Positions 46,106 to 55,844 of a stretch of DNA of 64,000 nt are shown piece after piece. Position 1 is the stretch's first letter. Each line of letters opens with the position of its first letter. The stretch lies in assembly GCA_040397175.1 (NCBI GenBank), contig JBBAWM010000002.1, positions 128,001-192,000 on the forward strand, written 5' to 3'. The stretch comes from Candidatus Limnocylindrus sp. Lineage in GTDB: Bacteria > Chloroflexota > Limnocylindria > Limnocylindrales > Limnocylindraceae. A model generated the notes under the pieces. That model had not been told where the DNA came from and made no database searches. It was given only the letters and a program-made list of their open reading frames with translations. Position numbers and translations under genes: made by a program.

Positions 46106-47479
46106 CTACGCCTCTCGGATGATGCGGGCTGGAACTCCCACGGCCGTACAGCCATCAGGGATATCGGCGAGCACCACGGTGCCCGCTCCGGTCTTCGCGC
46201 CGATGCCAATGCCCGCGGGCGCAACGATGAGAGTCCCCACGCCGGTGAACGCATCCGCGCCGATCACCGTCGTATGCTTCTTTACGCCGTCGTAGTTCGC
46301 CGTAATCGTGCCCGCACCAATGTTCGCGCGCTCCCCCACCTCAGCGTCGCCAAGATAGGAGTGATGGCCAACCTTCGCTCCGGCCGCAAGGGTGGTCGCC
46401 TTCAACTCGGCAAAGTTCCCCACATGGCAGCCAGCCGAAATGGTGCAACCGGGTCGAATGTGCGCGAATGGGCCCACATCCACCTGCGACGCGAGTGTCG
46501 AGTTTTCTATCGCTGATGAGCGCACGGTGCAATCGTCGCCAATGGAAGTTGCCTCAATCCGTGAACCGCTGCCGATTCGCGTCCTCGCACCAATCGAGGT
46601 CGCTCCTAGCAGCGTCACGCCCGGCTCGATCACGACATCGGCGGCGATTGCTACCTGCACGTCAATCCACGCTGTCGTTGGATCGATCAACGCGACACCA
46701 CGGTCGAGATGCCCCTCATTGATGCGCTCGCGGAGCGCAGCCAAGACGTCGGCAAACTGGTGGCGATCGTTCACCCCCTCAAGCTCGATCTCTGGCCCGT
46801 AGACGATTGGCGCTGGGGTGCCCGCGGCATGCGCTGCAGCAATCAGGTCGGTGAGATACAGCTCGCCGCTCGCCTTCGACGGCGCAATCGCTCCGAGCGC
46901 TTCGCTCAACCATGCTCGGTCAACGGCGTAGAGTCCAGCATTTACCGTGCCAATCGCACGCTGCTCGTCGGTGGCGTCACGCTCCTCAACGACGCACTCT
47001 GCAGTGCCATCGCTTGATTCAATCACCCGGCCGTAGCCCGTGGGGTCATCAGCATCGAAGGCTGCCAACGCGATCGGCGCGTTCGTCTCACGGCGAGCGG
47101 CAACAACTGCGCGCATCAGCGCGGCGGTGATGAGCGGCGTGTCGCCGCAGGCGATGAGGAGCTCCTTTGCAGAAGCTGGAAGGGCCGTGAGTGCGCACCG
47201 CACGGCGTCAGCGGTGCCGAGTGGTTTCGGCTGCTCCGCAACCGAGACCGCATCGCCCAGCATGGCAGCGAGGCCCGACGTGGCTGGCGAATGCACGACA
47301 ATGGATTTCGTGGCGAATGCCTCCGAAGCGGCTGCCACGACCCAGCCAGCCATTGGCCGACCGAGCAGTTGGTGCAGCACCTTGGGAACCTGGGAGTGCA
47401 TCCGCGATCCGACTCCGGCGGCAAGGATGATGGCCGTCACGCCCTCAAGGCGCTCCGGCCCGCGACTTGACGGGTTCAT
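46106..47479 (-). CDS. glmU: Bifunctional UDP-GlcNAc pyrophosphorylase/acetyltransferase
   Basis: LAAGVGSRM...PKVLH, GYGR, ELYLTD, hexapeptide repeats, ANYDG. Confidence 0.95.
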   Translation of the reverse strand: MNPSSRGPERLEGVTAIILAAGVGSRMHSQVPKVLHQLLGRPMAGWVVAAASEAFATKSIVVHSPATSGLAAMLGDAVSVAEQPKPLGTADAVRCALTALPASAKELLIACGDTPLITAALMRAVVAARRETNAPIALAAFDADDPTGYGRVIESSDGTAECVVEERDATDEQRAIGTVNAGLYAVDRAWLSEALGAIAPSKASGELYLTDLIAAAHAAGTPAPIVYGPEIELEGVNDRHQFADVLAALRERINEGHLDRGVALIDPTTAWIDVQVAIAADVVIEPGVTLLGATSIGARTRIGSGSRIEATSIGDDCTVRSSAIENSTLASQVDVGPFAHIRPGCTISAGCHVGNFAELKATTLAAGAKVGHHSYLGDAEVGERANIGAGTITANYDGVKKHTTVIGADAFTGVGTLIVAPAGIGIGAKTGAGTVVLADIPDGCTAVGVPARIIREA

Positions 47480-47865
47480 CCTGCGGCGCCGCCTCGCTTG
47501 GCGATCGCTTCGATCTCTACCAAGCCACCCTTCGGCAACGCAGCAACTTGAATCGTTGAGCGTGCTGGATATGGCTGCGTGAAGGCTCGACCGTAGATCT
47601 CATTGACGGTGGCAAAGTCGGCAAGGTCAACCAAGAAGATCGTCGTCTTTACGATGTCGTCGAAGCCGTAGCCCGCTGCGGCAAGGAGGGCGCCGAGGTT
47701 CGTGACCGCCTGTTCCGCCTGCGCAGCAACACCGTCAGCGAGTGCGCCAGTATCGGGATGGAGTCCGAGCTGGCCCGAACAGAAGAGCTCATTACCAGCA
47801 GCGATAGCCGGGCTGTATGGCCCGATCGCGGCAGGAATTCCAGCCCCGGTAATCGAACGCTTCAC
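47476..47865 (-). CDS. ridA: RidA/YjgF enamine deaminase
   Basis: PAAIGPYS, SGQ, VKTTIFL, YPARS, LPKGGLVEIEA. Start at GTG 47865 (GTGA overlap). Confidence 0.92.
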   Translation of the reverse strand: MKRSITGAGIPAAIGPYSPAIAAGNELFCSGQLGLHPDTGALADGVAAQAEQAVTNLGALLAAAGYGFDDIVKTTIFLVDLADFATVNEIYGRAFTQPYPARSTIQVAALPKGGLVEIEAIAKRGGAAG

Positions 47866-49778
47866 GCTGCTCCCCTTTCGCCAGAACCTGGCGCAATTAG
47901 TCTCGTGGCGATGAGAGAGGGCGTGAGGCCTTCCGGCGCCACGAGCTCCCCGCTCGCAAGAGCATTGGCGACCAGGGTTGCCCCCTCCTCTGCCTCTCGC
48001 TGTGAAGGATAGAGGAGGAAGAGGGTTGGCCCCGAGCCTGAGAGGGAGAGCGGGCGCCCGAGGAGGCGTCGCAAGGCGTGGTCGAAGGGACGGAGCCACG
48101 GCGCCACCGCCCGGGCTGGGGCGAGAAGGTCGTTCGCCGATGCCAGTGCGGCGGCCCGCTGCAAGAGCCCCTCCCCGCTCAGTCCGACCGTGAGTTCCGC
48201 CGCCAGATGGTGGGAGCTCACCAGGGCGGCGCCCTGTGTCGTGCCGCGGAGCCCGGCGGCGAATGCGGCAAATACCTCGGGGGTGCGCAGTGGCAGTCCA
48301 GCGGTAATCAACAGTAGTCCCAGGGGCGCACCGATCCAGGGGGCAAGCGCGGTAACCGCCTCCCCGCGCCCCTCCACGAGTGCTGGGGTGCCGACGAGGA
48401 ACAGCGGAACATCTGAGCCAACCTCTGCGGCAACCTTGTGCAGCACCTCGTCATCCACATCCAAATCGAAGAGTTCGATGGCACCGCGCAGCGTTGCGGC
48501 AGCATCGCTTGAACCGCCCCCCAAGCCCGCCGCAACGGGGAGGCGCTTCTCCAGCACGATCTCCACGGGAGGGACGTCGCACACGCGGCGCAGCGCGGCG
48601 AGCGCCACAGCGCAAAGATTCTCGCCGTCAAGTTGCAGCGGCACACCAGCAAGCCGAATCGAATCTGCCCCCTCAGTCGATCGACGGAGCGAGAGGCGAT
48701 CGCCCGCCTCGAACTGCGCCACGACAGAATGAAGTTCGTGGTACCCATCTGACCGCTTACCAACAATGGCAAGCGACAAATTAATCTTGCCATGCGCCAC
48801 GATCTCAACCGTTGGATCAGCTTCTGGCAGGGTACGCGTCGTGTTTCGCTCAGGCGCCCCTGATGCCCCCCTTGTACTTCGCCGGGCAACCGCAGCGCGC
48901 GCGGCGTTGGTTGGCACGCCCCCGTCGAGCCCCGGGAGTTCAGCCAGGAGGCGGATCCAGTCCTTCACCGAAAGTGTTTGCGCACGCTGGTCGGGACTGA
49001 GATTGGCGCGACCGAGTGCCGCGACGATATCGCTCTCGAGGATTTGCAGCGCGCGAGGAAGTGCATTCCGCAGCTTCTTCCGCCGTTCTCGAAATCCTGC
49101 CTGCACAAGTCGCCAGAGGCGCTCCTCGTCGTGCGGGCTCAAGGTGAACGCGCCATCACCTGTGCGATGCTCAAGGAGCAAGATCGCCGAGTCCACCCCA
49201 GGCACAGGATCAAACGCCTCACGGGGCACTCGCGCGACGATTGAAGCAGCTGTTCTGGCCTGCACAAACGCGGTGAGGTACGACCAGTCGCCCGGTGCGG
49301 CAGCCACTCGCTCGGCCACCTCTAACTGCACCAACAGCACGATGCGTGCGGGGGGAACCGAGAGTAGCAACAGCCGATGCAGCAGTGGGCTCGTGACGTG
49401 ATACGGAATGTTTGCAATGACGCGCCAACTGCCACGAGAGGGCGCGAACGACTCGAGATCGACCGTAAGCGCATCGCCGTGGATGAGGGTCAACTGTCCC
49501 GCATTGATCTGCGTTGCAAACTTGTGTTGAAGGCGCGGGATGAGGTCCTTATCAAGCTCCACAGCAACGACGCTGGCGCCACTGGCAAGGAGTGCCTCAG
49601 TCAAGAAGCCGAGCCCTGGACCAATCTCCAGGACAAGCTCCCCTGGAGTGGGCGCTCCCGCCTGCACGATGCGATCTCGCACGTTCAGGTCGTGCAAGAA
49701 GTTCTGGCTGAGGCGCTTCTTCGCCGCATGGCCATCGATTCGTCCACGGCCTGGTGCAGTTTGATACATTGGGCTCAT
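47862..49778 (-). CDS. rsmA-ispE: Fusion of 16S rRNA dimethyltransferase RsmA/KsgA and CDP-ME kinase IspE
   Basis: KKRLSQNFL, EIGPGLG, NIPY, P.VDS, RRKKL; then HGKINL...DGYHEL, PVAAGLGGGSSDA, GSDVP, SGSGPT, all in one frame. Confidence 0.9.
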   Translation of the reverse strand: MSPMYQTAPGRGRIDGHAAKKRLSQNFLHDLNVRDRIVQAGAPTPGELVLEIGPGLGFLTEALLASGASVVAVELDKDLIPRLQHKFATQINAGQLTLIHGDALTVDLESFAPSRGSWRVIANIPYHVTSPLLHRLLLLSVPPARIVLLVQLEVAERVAAAPGDWSYLTAFVQARTAASIVARVPREAFDPVPGVDSAILLLEHRTGDGAFTLSPHDEERLWRLVQAGFRERRKKLRNALPRALQILESDIVAALGRANLSPDQRAQTLSVKDWIRLLAELPGLDGGVPTNAARAAVARRSTRGASGAPERNTTRTLPEADPTVEIVAHGKINLSLAIVGKRSDGYHELHSVVAQFEAGDRLSLRRSTEGADSIRLAGVPLQLDGENLCAVALAALRRVCDVPPVEIVLEKRLPVAAGLGGGSSDAAATLRGAIELFDLDVDDEVLHKVAAEVGSDVPLFLVGTPALVEGRGEAVTALAPWIGAPLGLLLITAGLPLRTPEVFAAFAAGLRGTTQGAALVSSHHLAAELTVGLSGEGLLQRAAALASANDLLAPARAVAPWLRPFDHALRRLLGRPLSLSGSGPTLFLLYPSQREAEEGATLVANALASGELVAPEGLTPSLIATRLIAPGSGERGAA

Positions 49779-50893
49779 ACGGGCACTGCCGAACCGATGC
49801 GCCATTGTGCGTGAACTTCGAGGCCGGCGCTCGGATCCTGATAGGCGGCTCGTTGATCGCGCAACAGGGCGTCACCTGCGGCGCCGATCATTGCGGCATT
49901 ATCGGTGCACCACTTCAGCGGCGGCACGACCAGGTGGCGACGTTCGTCGTTCGCAACACTCGCAAGTGCAGTGCGGAGCGGTCCATTGGCCGCGACTCCA
50001 CCGCCAATCACCAGCGAGCAGTCTGGGTTGGCGTGGAGTGCACGCTGGACTCCGACACGTAACGCCGCAACGATGGCCTGCTCCGTCGCGGCAGCGATGG
50101 CGATCGCTGCATCCTCTGGGAGTGGGTGCTCGGCGAACTGCCGTGTGAGCGAGGCGGCACGGCCAGGGTTGCGATCGGTGAACCCGCTCGCAGCGAGCGC
50201 CTGCCGAATTGCTGCGGTTTTGACCCCACTAAACGAGAAATCGTAGGGCCGCTCCGTTTTCGCAATCGGCAGCGGCGTGATCCGGGCACCGCGGGGGAGC
50301 TGCGCGGCTAGTGCTGAGAGCGCCGCCCCACCTGGATATGGGGCACCGAGGAGGCGTGCAATCTTGTCGAATGCCTCACCCGCTGCGTCGTCGATCGTGC
50401 CTCCGAGGCGCTGGATCGCCCCGTCACGCTCGATCCGCACCAGTAACGTGTGACCACCAGAGACCACGAGCCCGATCGCGGGGAGCATCGGCGCTGCAGC
50501 CTCTGCCGTCTCGCGAAGCCAAGCCGCACGCAGGTGACCCTCCAGGTGATTCACGGGGAGGACTGGGAGGCCTCGCCCCCACGCCCATGCACTACCCACG
50601 CCAGCACCCACGAGGAGGGAGCCGACAAGTCCGGGGCCGGTTGTCAGCGCTACTCCCTCTATCTTGCCCGCAATCCCGAGCCCCTCAGCCTCGGTTAACA
50701 CCTCATCGAGGAGTCGAGGCAGCCACTCATGGTGGGCACGCGCAGCAACCTCTGGAATCACGCCACCAAATGATGCATGAATCGCTGTCTGGCTCGCCAC
50801 ACGTTCAGCAATGACGTCGCGACCGCCGCGAATGAGTGCAACCGCGCTCTCATCACAGCTCGATTCGATCGCCAGCAAGAGGCGCTCACTCAT
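49775..50893 (-). CDS. tsaD: tRNA t6A threonylcarbamoyltransferase
   Basis: IESSCDE, NHLEGH, VSGGHT, DDAAGEAFDK, FSFSG, CTDNAAMI. Confidence 0.96.
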   Translation of the reverse strand: MSERLLLAIESSCDESAVALIRGGRDVIAERVASQTAIHASFGGVIPEVAARAHHEWLPRLLDEVLTEAEGLGIAGKIEGVALTTGPGLVGSLLVGAGVGSAWAWGRGLPVLPVNHLEGHLRAAWLRETAEAAAPMLPAIGLVVSGGHTLLVRIERDGAIQRLGGTIDDAAGEAFDKIARLLGAPYPGGAALSALAAQLPRGARITPLPIAKTERPYDFSFSGVKTAAIRQALAASGFTDRNPGRAASLTRQFAEHPLPEDAAIAIAAATEQAIVAALRVGVQRALHANPDCSLVIGGGVAANGPLRTALASVANDERRHLVVPPLKWCTDNAAMIGAAGDALLRDQRAAYQDPSAGLEVHAQWRIGSAVPV

Positions 50894-51404
50894 GGCCAAG
50901 GCGCTCCTCGGCGCGAGCCCGCAACGCAGCTTCAGCGGCCTGCTGCCCTGGGCTCCCAAGTTCGGCGGTCGTCATCACCAGCGCATCCTCGCCGTTATCG
51001 TCGTAGTAGCGAATGCGGCGGCCTACCTCGATGAAGCCGAACGCAAGATACAGCCGCTGGGCGTCGATATTCGATACCCGCACATCGAGTGTTGCCACGC
51101 GAGCGCCACCCCGTCGCGCCTCCTCAAGGAGCTCCAGCAGGAGTGCGGTTGCCACCCCCGTACGTCGATGCTCGGGGAGCACCGCCATCGTCGTGATATG
51201 TGCCTCGTCGACCATCAGCCAGATACCGCCAAAGCCTACGAGTGTGCCCCCCAGTCGAGCGCCGAGGTAGCGTGCCAATCGATTTGTCGTGAGCTCTGTG
51301 GTGTAGGCGCTCGTTGGCCAAGGCGCGCTGAACGAGCGGCCCTCAATCACCGCAACCTCGTCGAGATCCTTGATGGTGAGGGGCGCCACGACGAATGGGC
51401 GCAT
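50886..51404 (-). CDS. rimI: Ribosomal protein S18 N-acetyltransferase
   Basis: SFSAPW, DEAHITT, LDVRVSN, RRIRYY...EDALVM. Confidence 0.9.
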   Translation of the reverse strand: MRPFVVAPLTIKDLDEVAVIEGRSFSAPWPTSAYTTELTTNRLARYLGARLGGTLVGFGGIWLMVDEAHITTMAVLPEHRRTGVATALLLELLEEARRGGARVATLDVRVSNIDAQRLYLAFGFIEVGRRIRYYDDNGEDALVMTTAELGSPGQQAAEAALRARAEERLGHE

Positions 51405-51931
51405 CAGCGTGCCTCGCTTCCGCGAGCGGGGGCCGGATAGCGCAGGGTGACATGGGCGACGGCTGGCCCAGCTCCGCGAACTAGGGCGCCCGCAACAGCT
51501 CCCCTGCTCTCCTTCTCCGTGAGGTGCGGGGATGCAACATCGCGCGGCACAACAACTGCGCCCGCCTCCGAGACTTCAAGCGATTCACGGGTTCCGAGCG
51601 GAATGGACACCGATCGTTGCGCGGCCTGCCAGAGTGCTCGATCAGAGGCGCTCTCGCGCAGCGGGATAGCCAACGCAGCGGTCATCCCACCTGCAACCGA
51701 GGCCGCAACACGAATTCCGCTGTAGCTTCCAGGGCCACTCCCGACGACAACGGCGGAGAGCGCGGCACGCTCCCCCGCGCTCGGAAGGAGGTTGGTGATC
51801 CGCTGCAAGAGTGGTTGGTCGTACAAGTAGTCCTCGACAACACAGTTCGGGACTCCACCACGCTCCTCCACCAGCGCAACGATGCTGAAGCCGAGGGATC
51901 CATCAAGCACCAGGATGCGTGGACTACTCAT
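51404..51931 (-). CDS. tsaB: TsaB/YeaZ (shortened)
   Basis: ILVLD, VVGSGPGSYSGIRV; lies between tsaE and rimI. Confidence 0.8.
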   Translation of the reverse strand: MSSPRILVLDGSLGFSIVALVEERGGVPNCVVEDYLYDQPLLQRITNLLPSAGERAALSAVVVGSGPGSYSGIRVAASVAGGMTAALAIPLRESASDRALWQAAQRSVSIPLGTRESLEVSEAGAVVVPRDVASPHLTEKESRGAVAGALVRGAGPAVAHVTLRYPAPARGSEAR

Positions 51932-52430
51932 GTGCCAGCCCCAACGCACTGTGACCAGGGGCGCCCAACCCCGCTCTCAAGGCGGCGACGAGCGCTGGTC
52001 GCGCGCCGCGGATCTCCGCGGATCGTGTGCCCCCATCGTCGGTCGCCTCGAGATGCACGCTCAACACATCGGTGCCCGCTCCTCCAAGTCCCTCAAGGTT
52101 CTCGGGCCACTCAATCAGGGTCACTCCGTGCCGTTGACGCTCATCGATCACGCCAGCGCGCAGGGCATCGCTGCCGACAGGGAGTCGATAGGCGTCAACA
52201 TGCCAGATCGGCAGGTCGCCGCGGTGCTCAGAGATGAGGATGAACGTTGGCGAGGTGAGTTCAGGCTCCGCATGGAGCGCAGCTCCAATGGCACGAGCGA
52301 GCGTTGTCTTGCCACTCCCGAGGTCGCCACTGAGGAGCACCCTGTCGCCCGCTTGGAGCGTTGAGCCGATCACCGCGCCAAGCGAGGTGGTGGCGTCGAG
52401 GTTCCCGAGCGTAATGGTGACGACGTTCAC
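51924..52430 (-). CDS. tsaE: TsaE/YjeE ATPase
   Basis: GDLGSGKTT, TSPTF, HVDAYRL, LIEW. Confidence 0.93.
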   Translation of the reverse strand: MNVVTITLGNLDATTSLGAVIGSTLQAGDRVLLSGDLGSGKTTLARAIGAALHAEPELTSPTFILISEHRGDLPIWHVDAYRLPVGSDALRAGVIDERQRHGVTLIEWPENLEGLGGAGTDVLSVHLEATDDGGTRSAEIRGARPALVAALRAGLGAPGHSALGLAHE

Positions 52431-54097
52431 GCGGTCAAGCGCTGTAGATCACCAAGGGGGAGTGCGACAAGTTCGCCGTTGATCTCGAGCGCGCCCTGCG
52501 GATCGGATGGTTGTGCATCGGCGAGACCGCGCCATGTTCCGTAGGCGCCCGCACGGGGGCCGCCGATCACCACCGTATCTACATCCGAGCGCTCCCCGCG
52601 GCCACGTGCCACCAATGTGGTGAGGCCGGCCGGGTGCCGCTCAAGTCGCACCGCGATTCCGTTGAGGCCCTGGAGCACTTTCCCGAGTTCCGTTGCCCAT
52701 GCATCACTCTCACGGCGTCCGCCGAGGACCAAGAGGCCAAATGGCGCGAGGGCAACGCCGGCGGCCACCCTGCGATCGATCGAGGCGCTCAGCGCCTCGC
52801 GCTCGCCATCACTCAGGCTCCCCACCACTAGTCCACGAATCCCGACGGCACGAGCCCGCAACACTGTCTCAGGGGAGACCGAGACCACCGCCAAGATCCC
52901 TGCCTCGTGCGCCGCGGCCCATCTGCGACTATCCGGCTCGGAGGCCGAGAAATAGAGGCTCCCCTCAACCTCGTCGCCAAGGAGCAGCCGACCACCGAGA
53001 CCCCCCGTCGCGCTCGCCGAGCGCGGCAGCAGCATGAGCGACGCCTCGATGGGCAGCACCCGCACCGACAACGCCCCAGCGGGTAGTTGCGTCACATCCA
53101 CCGCTAGCGTGCCACGTGCGACCACGGCACCGACCAGACCCCCACGCAGCGGGGCCACGATCGTCTCGCCCGCACGATCAATCTCAACGTTGACGATCTC
53201 CCCCGCCTCAACAGCGACGGCGATCGCCTGATCTGACAGCAGTGCGTGCTCTTCTGCGCGAACGCGCATCACCACCACGTCATCTGGACGATCCGTGATC
53301 ACGAGCAGATCACCAGCGGGGAGGAGCAGCTGATCAGCACACGCGCGAACCAGATCGACACCGGTCGTTTCGGAGAGCTGCTCCGTACCGAGTGCTGCAA
53401 CCACCCCCGCGGTGTCAAGCAGGACCGTCGAGCGCCCAGGCGGCACGAGCGGCGAGAGTGCAGCGAGCGGCACCGCACCAGACGCAACGTGCGCCGCAAG
53501 CGGTCCGGTAACGATCAGCACCTCACCCATCACTGCCGCACGCTGCTCGCCCACGCGTTCGGCGAGCGACTGCAGTGCGTCCACGTATGCGGCGACGCGA
53601 ACCTGGTCGCCAACGATGGAGCGCCCCGACATTGGACGATCCGCAATGTCGCCAAGGAGATCGGCAACTGCGGCCCGGTCGTACCTTCCAAGTGATCGCA
53701 AGACAGAGTCACAGCGGCGACGACGCTCCGTGGGATCTACTGGGACGAGTGCCGCTTCGTCAATCTGCGCAAGCTCGCCGACGGCTCCAGGGGCCGCCCA
53801 AACCACCCTCCCCGCATCGTGGGCAATATCGATAATCCGAACCGGGACACCGAACGCCTCGGCGCAGCGACCCGTCGCACGGCCCAGGGAACTCGGATCT
53901 CCGCGGAGTACGGTGGAGATCTCGCCACGCTCTTGCACGCCAGCGGCACTCTGCAACGTTGCCTCCACCGCAGTGCGATAAGCTCCCGTAGGCAGCGTGA
54001 TACTGCTCAGTAGCTGTGTCGGCTCCGCATCAGACATCAGCGCATAAAAACTGCGATCAGCGTCCTCACGGATCAGTAGGTACGACGACCGCGTCAT
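52427..54097 (-). CDS. Hypothetical protein, possibly a degenerate GlmL-like fusion
   Basis: 556-aa ORF coupled to alr and tsaE by 4-bp overlaps. Family assignment is tentative. Confidence 0.75.
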   Translation of the reverse strand: MTRSSYLLIREDADRSFYALMSDAEPTQLLSSITLPTGAYRTAVEATLQSAAGVQERGEISTVLRGDPSSLGRATGRCAEAFGVPVRIIDIAHDAGRVVWAAPGAVGELAQIDEAALVPVDPTERRRRCDSVLRSLGRYDRAAVADLLGDIADRPMSGRSIVGDQVRVAAYVDALQSLAERVGEQRAAVMGEVLIVTGPLAAHVASGAVPLAALSPLVPPGRSTVLLDTAGVVAALGTEQLSETTGVDLVRACADQLLLPAGDLLVITDRPDDVVVMRVRAEEHALLSDQAIAVAVEAGEIVNVEIDRAGETIVAPLRGGLVGAVVARGTLAVDVTQLPAGALSVRVLPIEASLMLLPRSASATGGLGGRLLLGDEVEGSLYFSASEPDSRRWAAAHEAGILAVVSVSPETVLRARAVGIRGLVVGSLSDGEREALSASIDRRVAAGVALAPFGLLVLGGRRESDAWATELGKVLQGLNGIAVRLERHPAGLTTLVARGRGERSDVDTVVIGGPRAGAYGTWRGLADAQPSDPQGALEINGELVALPLGDLQRLTA

Positions 54098-55305
54098 TGC
54101 TGATTCACGTAGTGATATCCCCGCAAGTCGCGCAGCGCCACGGGTTCGCCGGTCACCGTGTACACCCGTGCAAGCCGATTTGTGTAGCTCGTTGAAACCT
54201 CATTCGTAATCGTCTTCCGGCGCTTGGCCACGTCCACTGGTTCAATCAGGTCAGACCCAGATGCGCCAATGAAGACCACCTCATCCGCTTCGCTCAGATC
54301 TCTCTCGGGATGGTCGGTGGCATCGATCGTTATAGAGTCCATCGCGATGGTGCCCACAACTGGGAGGCGTACGCCTCGTATCAGCACCTCGGCGACTCCC
54401 CGCTCGTGATACGAGATGCCATCGGCGTAACCAATCGGCAGGGTGATGATTCTTGACTCGCGCGCTGCGATGAATGCTGGCCCGTAGCCCACGCCATGCC
54501 CAGCGGGGAGCGTCGCGATCCGCACGGGGCGCGCAGCGAGTCCATAGACGCGCTCAATACCAATCGCCGCAGCCGTCATCGTTGGACGAAGGGCATTCGG
54601 TACAACGCCAAACAGTGCAATTCCTACACGTGCGACCTGCTGCGTATCACCGATGGTGAGTAATCCACCAGAGCCGACAATGTGGGATTCAAGCTCGGGA
54701 GCCTTGGTTGCAGCCTGCTCAAGCACCTCCTCTTGCAGACGGGATCGATCAACGTCCTCGGCAGCGCTGAGATGGCTCCAGATGCTGCGAAGCACAATAT
54801 TCGGATTGCTCCGCAGCGCAGCGATCTGGATGGCGAGTTCTGCTGGCAAAATCCCATCGCGACCGAGTCCGGTATCCACCTCGATATCGACACTGAGCGG
54901 CGCAAGACCAGCCAGATCGGCGGAGATCAGTTCACGAACCACTGCGGGCGACGATGCGGTGACGCCGATCCCCGTGGCGGCGGCATCGCGCAGGTGCGCT
55001 GGAGCAACGCGCCAGAGGACCCGCACGGGGTCGGCGATGCCGGCGTCGCGTAACTCTTGCGCTTCATCGAAGGTTGCGACCAGCACAGCACGTGCGCCAG
55101 CCTCGAGTGCAGCACGCGCCACAGGCACGGCGCCGAGGCCGTAGGCGTCCGCCTTCAGCACGACATCGAGGTGGCCGCCAGCGGGGAGCCTCCCCTTGAG
55201 CGCGCGAACATTTGTCGCGATCGCATCGAGCCGCACCTCTACCCAGGCATCACGCCCAAGTGCCGGTAGCCCAACCTCCTGGATGCGTTCGGGTAACCCG
55301 CTCAT
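54094..55305 (-). CDS. alr: Alanine racemase
   Basis: VLKADAYG (PLP Lys), DTGLGR, GVGYG, IGYADG, MD. Confidence 0.92.
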   Translation of the reverse strand: MSGLPERIQEVGLPALGRDAWVEVRLDAIATNVRALKGRLPAGGHLDVVLKADAYGLGAVPVARAALEAGARAVLVATFDEAQELRDAGIADPVRVLWRVAPAHLRDAAATGIGVTASSPAVVRELISADLAGLAPLSVDIEVDTGLGRDGILPAELAIQIAALRSNPNIVLRSIWSHLSAAEDVDRSRLQEEVLEQAATKAPELESHIVGSGGLLTIGDTQQVARVGIALFGVVPNALRPTMTAAAIGIERVYGLAARPVRIATLPAGHGVGYGPAFIAARESRIITLPIGYADGISYHERGVAEVLIRGVRLPVVGTIAMDSITIDATDHPERDLSEADEVVFIGASGSDLIEPVDVAKRRKTITNEVSTSYTNRLARVYTVTGEPVALRDLRGYHYVNQQ

Positions 55306-55844
55306 CCGTGCGCCTTCCCAGCCGGCTCCGAGGAGAGGGCCAGCTCTTCGCGTCGAAGCGCCCTAATGCGCTCAATCCGGGCCAGGAGCGCGGTCTCCGC
55401 AGCGTCCAAGTCTTCGCCAATCTGCGGCGGAAACAAATAACGGCCACCCGCCGTGCGGACCGCGTACGCGATTGCAATTGCGTACTCGCGCTCGTGGCTG
55501 ATCGAGAGCGCGATGTGCTGGATGCCGAGCTGTGTGGCGCGTGCTGCGGCTCGCTCATGAAGGCGGACCGAAGGCTGTCCCGTTGGGAGGCGTTCCACCT
55601 CAATCTCCTGCCAACCGATGCCTCGCACACCGAGTCCCAACACCTTTGAAACCGCTTCCTTCGCCGCCCAGCGTCCAGCCATCGTCTCCGGGCGGCCGCG
55701 TACGTAGGAGCGCTCAGCGTCGGTCAGCACCCGCCGCTCAAACCGTTCTGGATGGCGTCGTAAGACGCTCGCAATGCGATCCACGCGAATGATGTCGATA
55801 CCGATCTCCGGCGTGCTCGTGGGGAGCTCTCCGCCGTCCATCAC
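55302..55844 (-). CDS. acpS: Holo-ACP synthase
   Basis: IGIDII, AGRWAAKEA, G.P, LSISH. Confidence 0.92.
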   Translation of the reverse strand: MMDGGELPTSTPEIGIDIIRVDRIASVLRRHPERFERRVLTDAERSYVRGRPETMAGRWAAKEAVSKVLGLGVRGIGWQEIEVERLPTGQPSVRLHERAAARATQLGIQHIALSISHEREYAIAIAYAVRTAGGRYLFPPQIGEDLDAAETALLARIERIRALRREELALSSEPAGKAHG

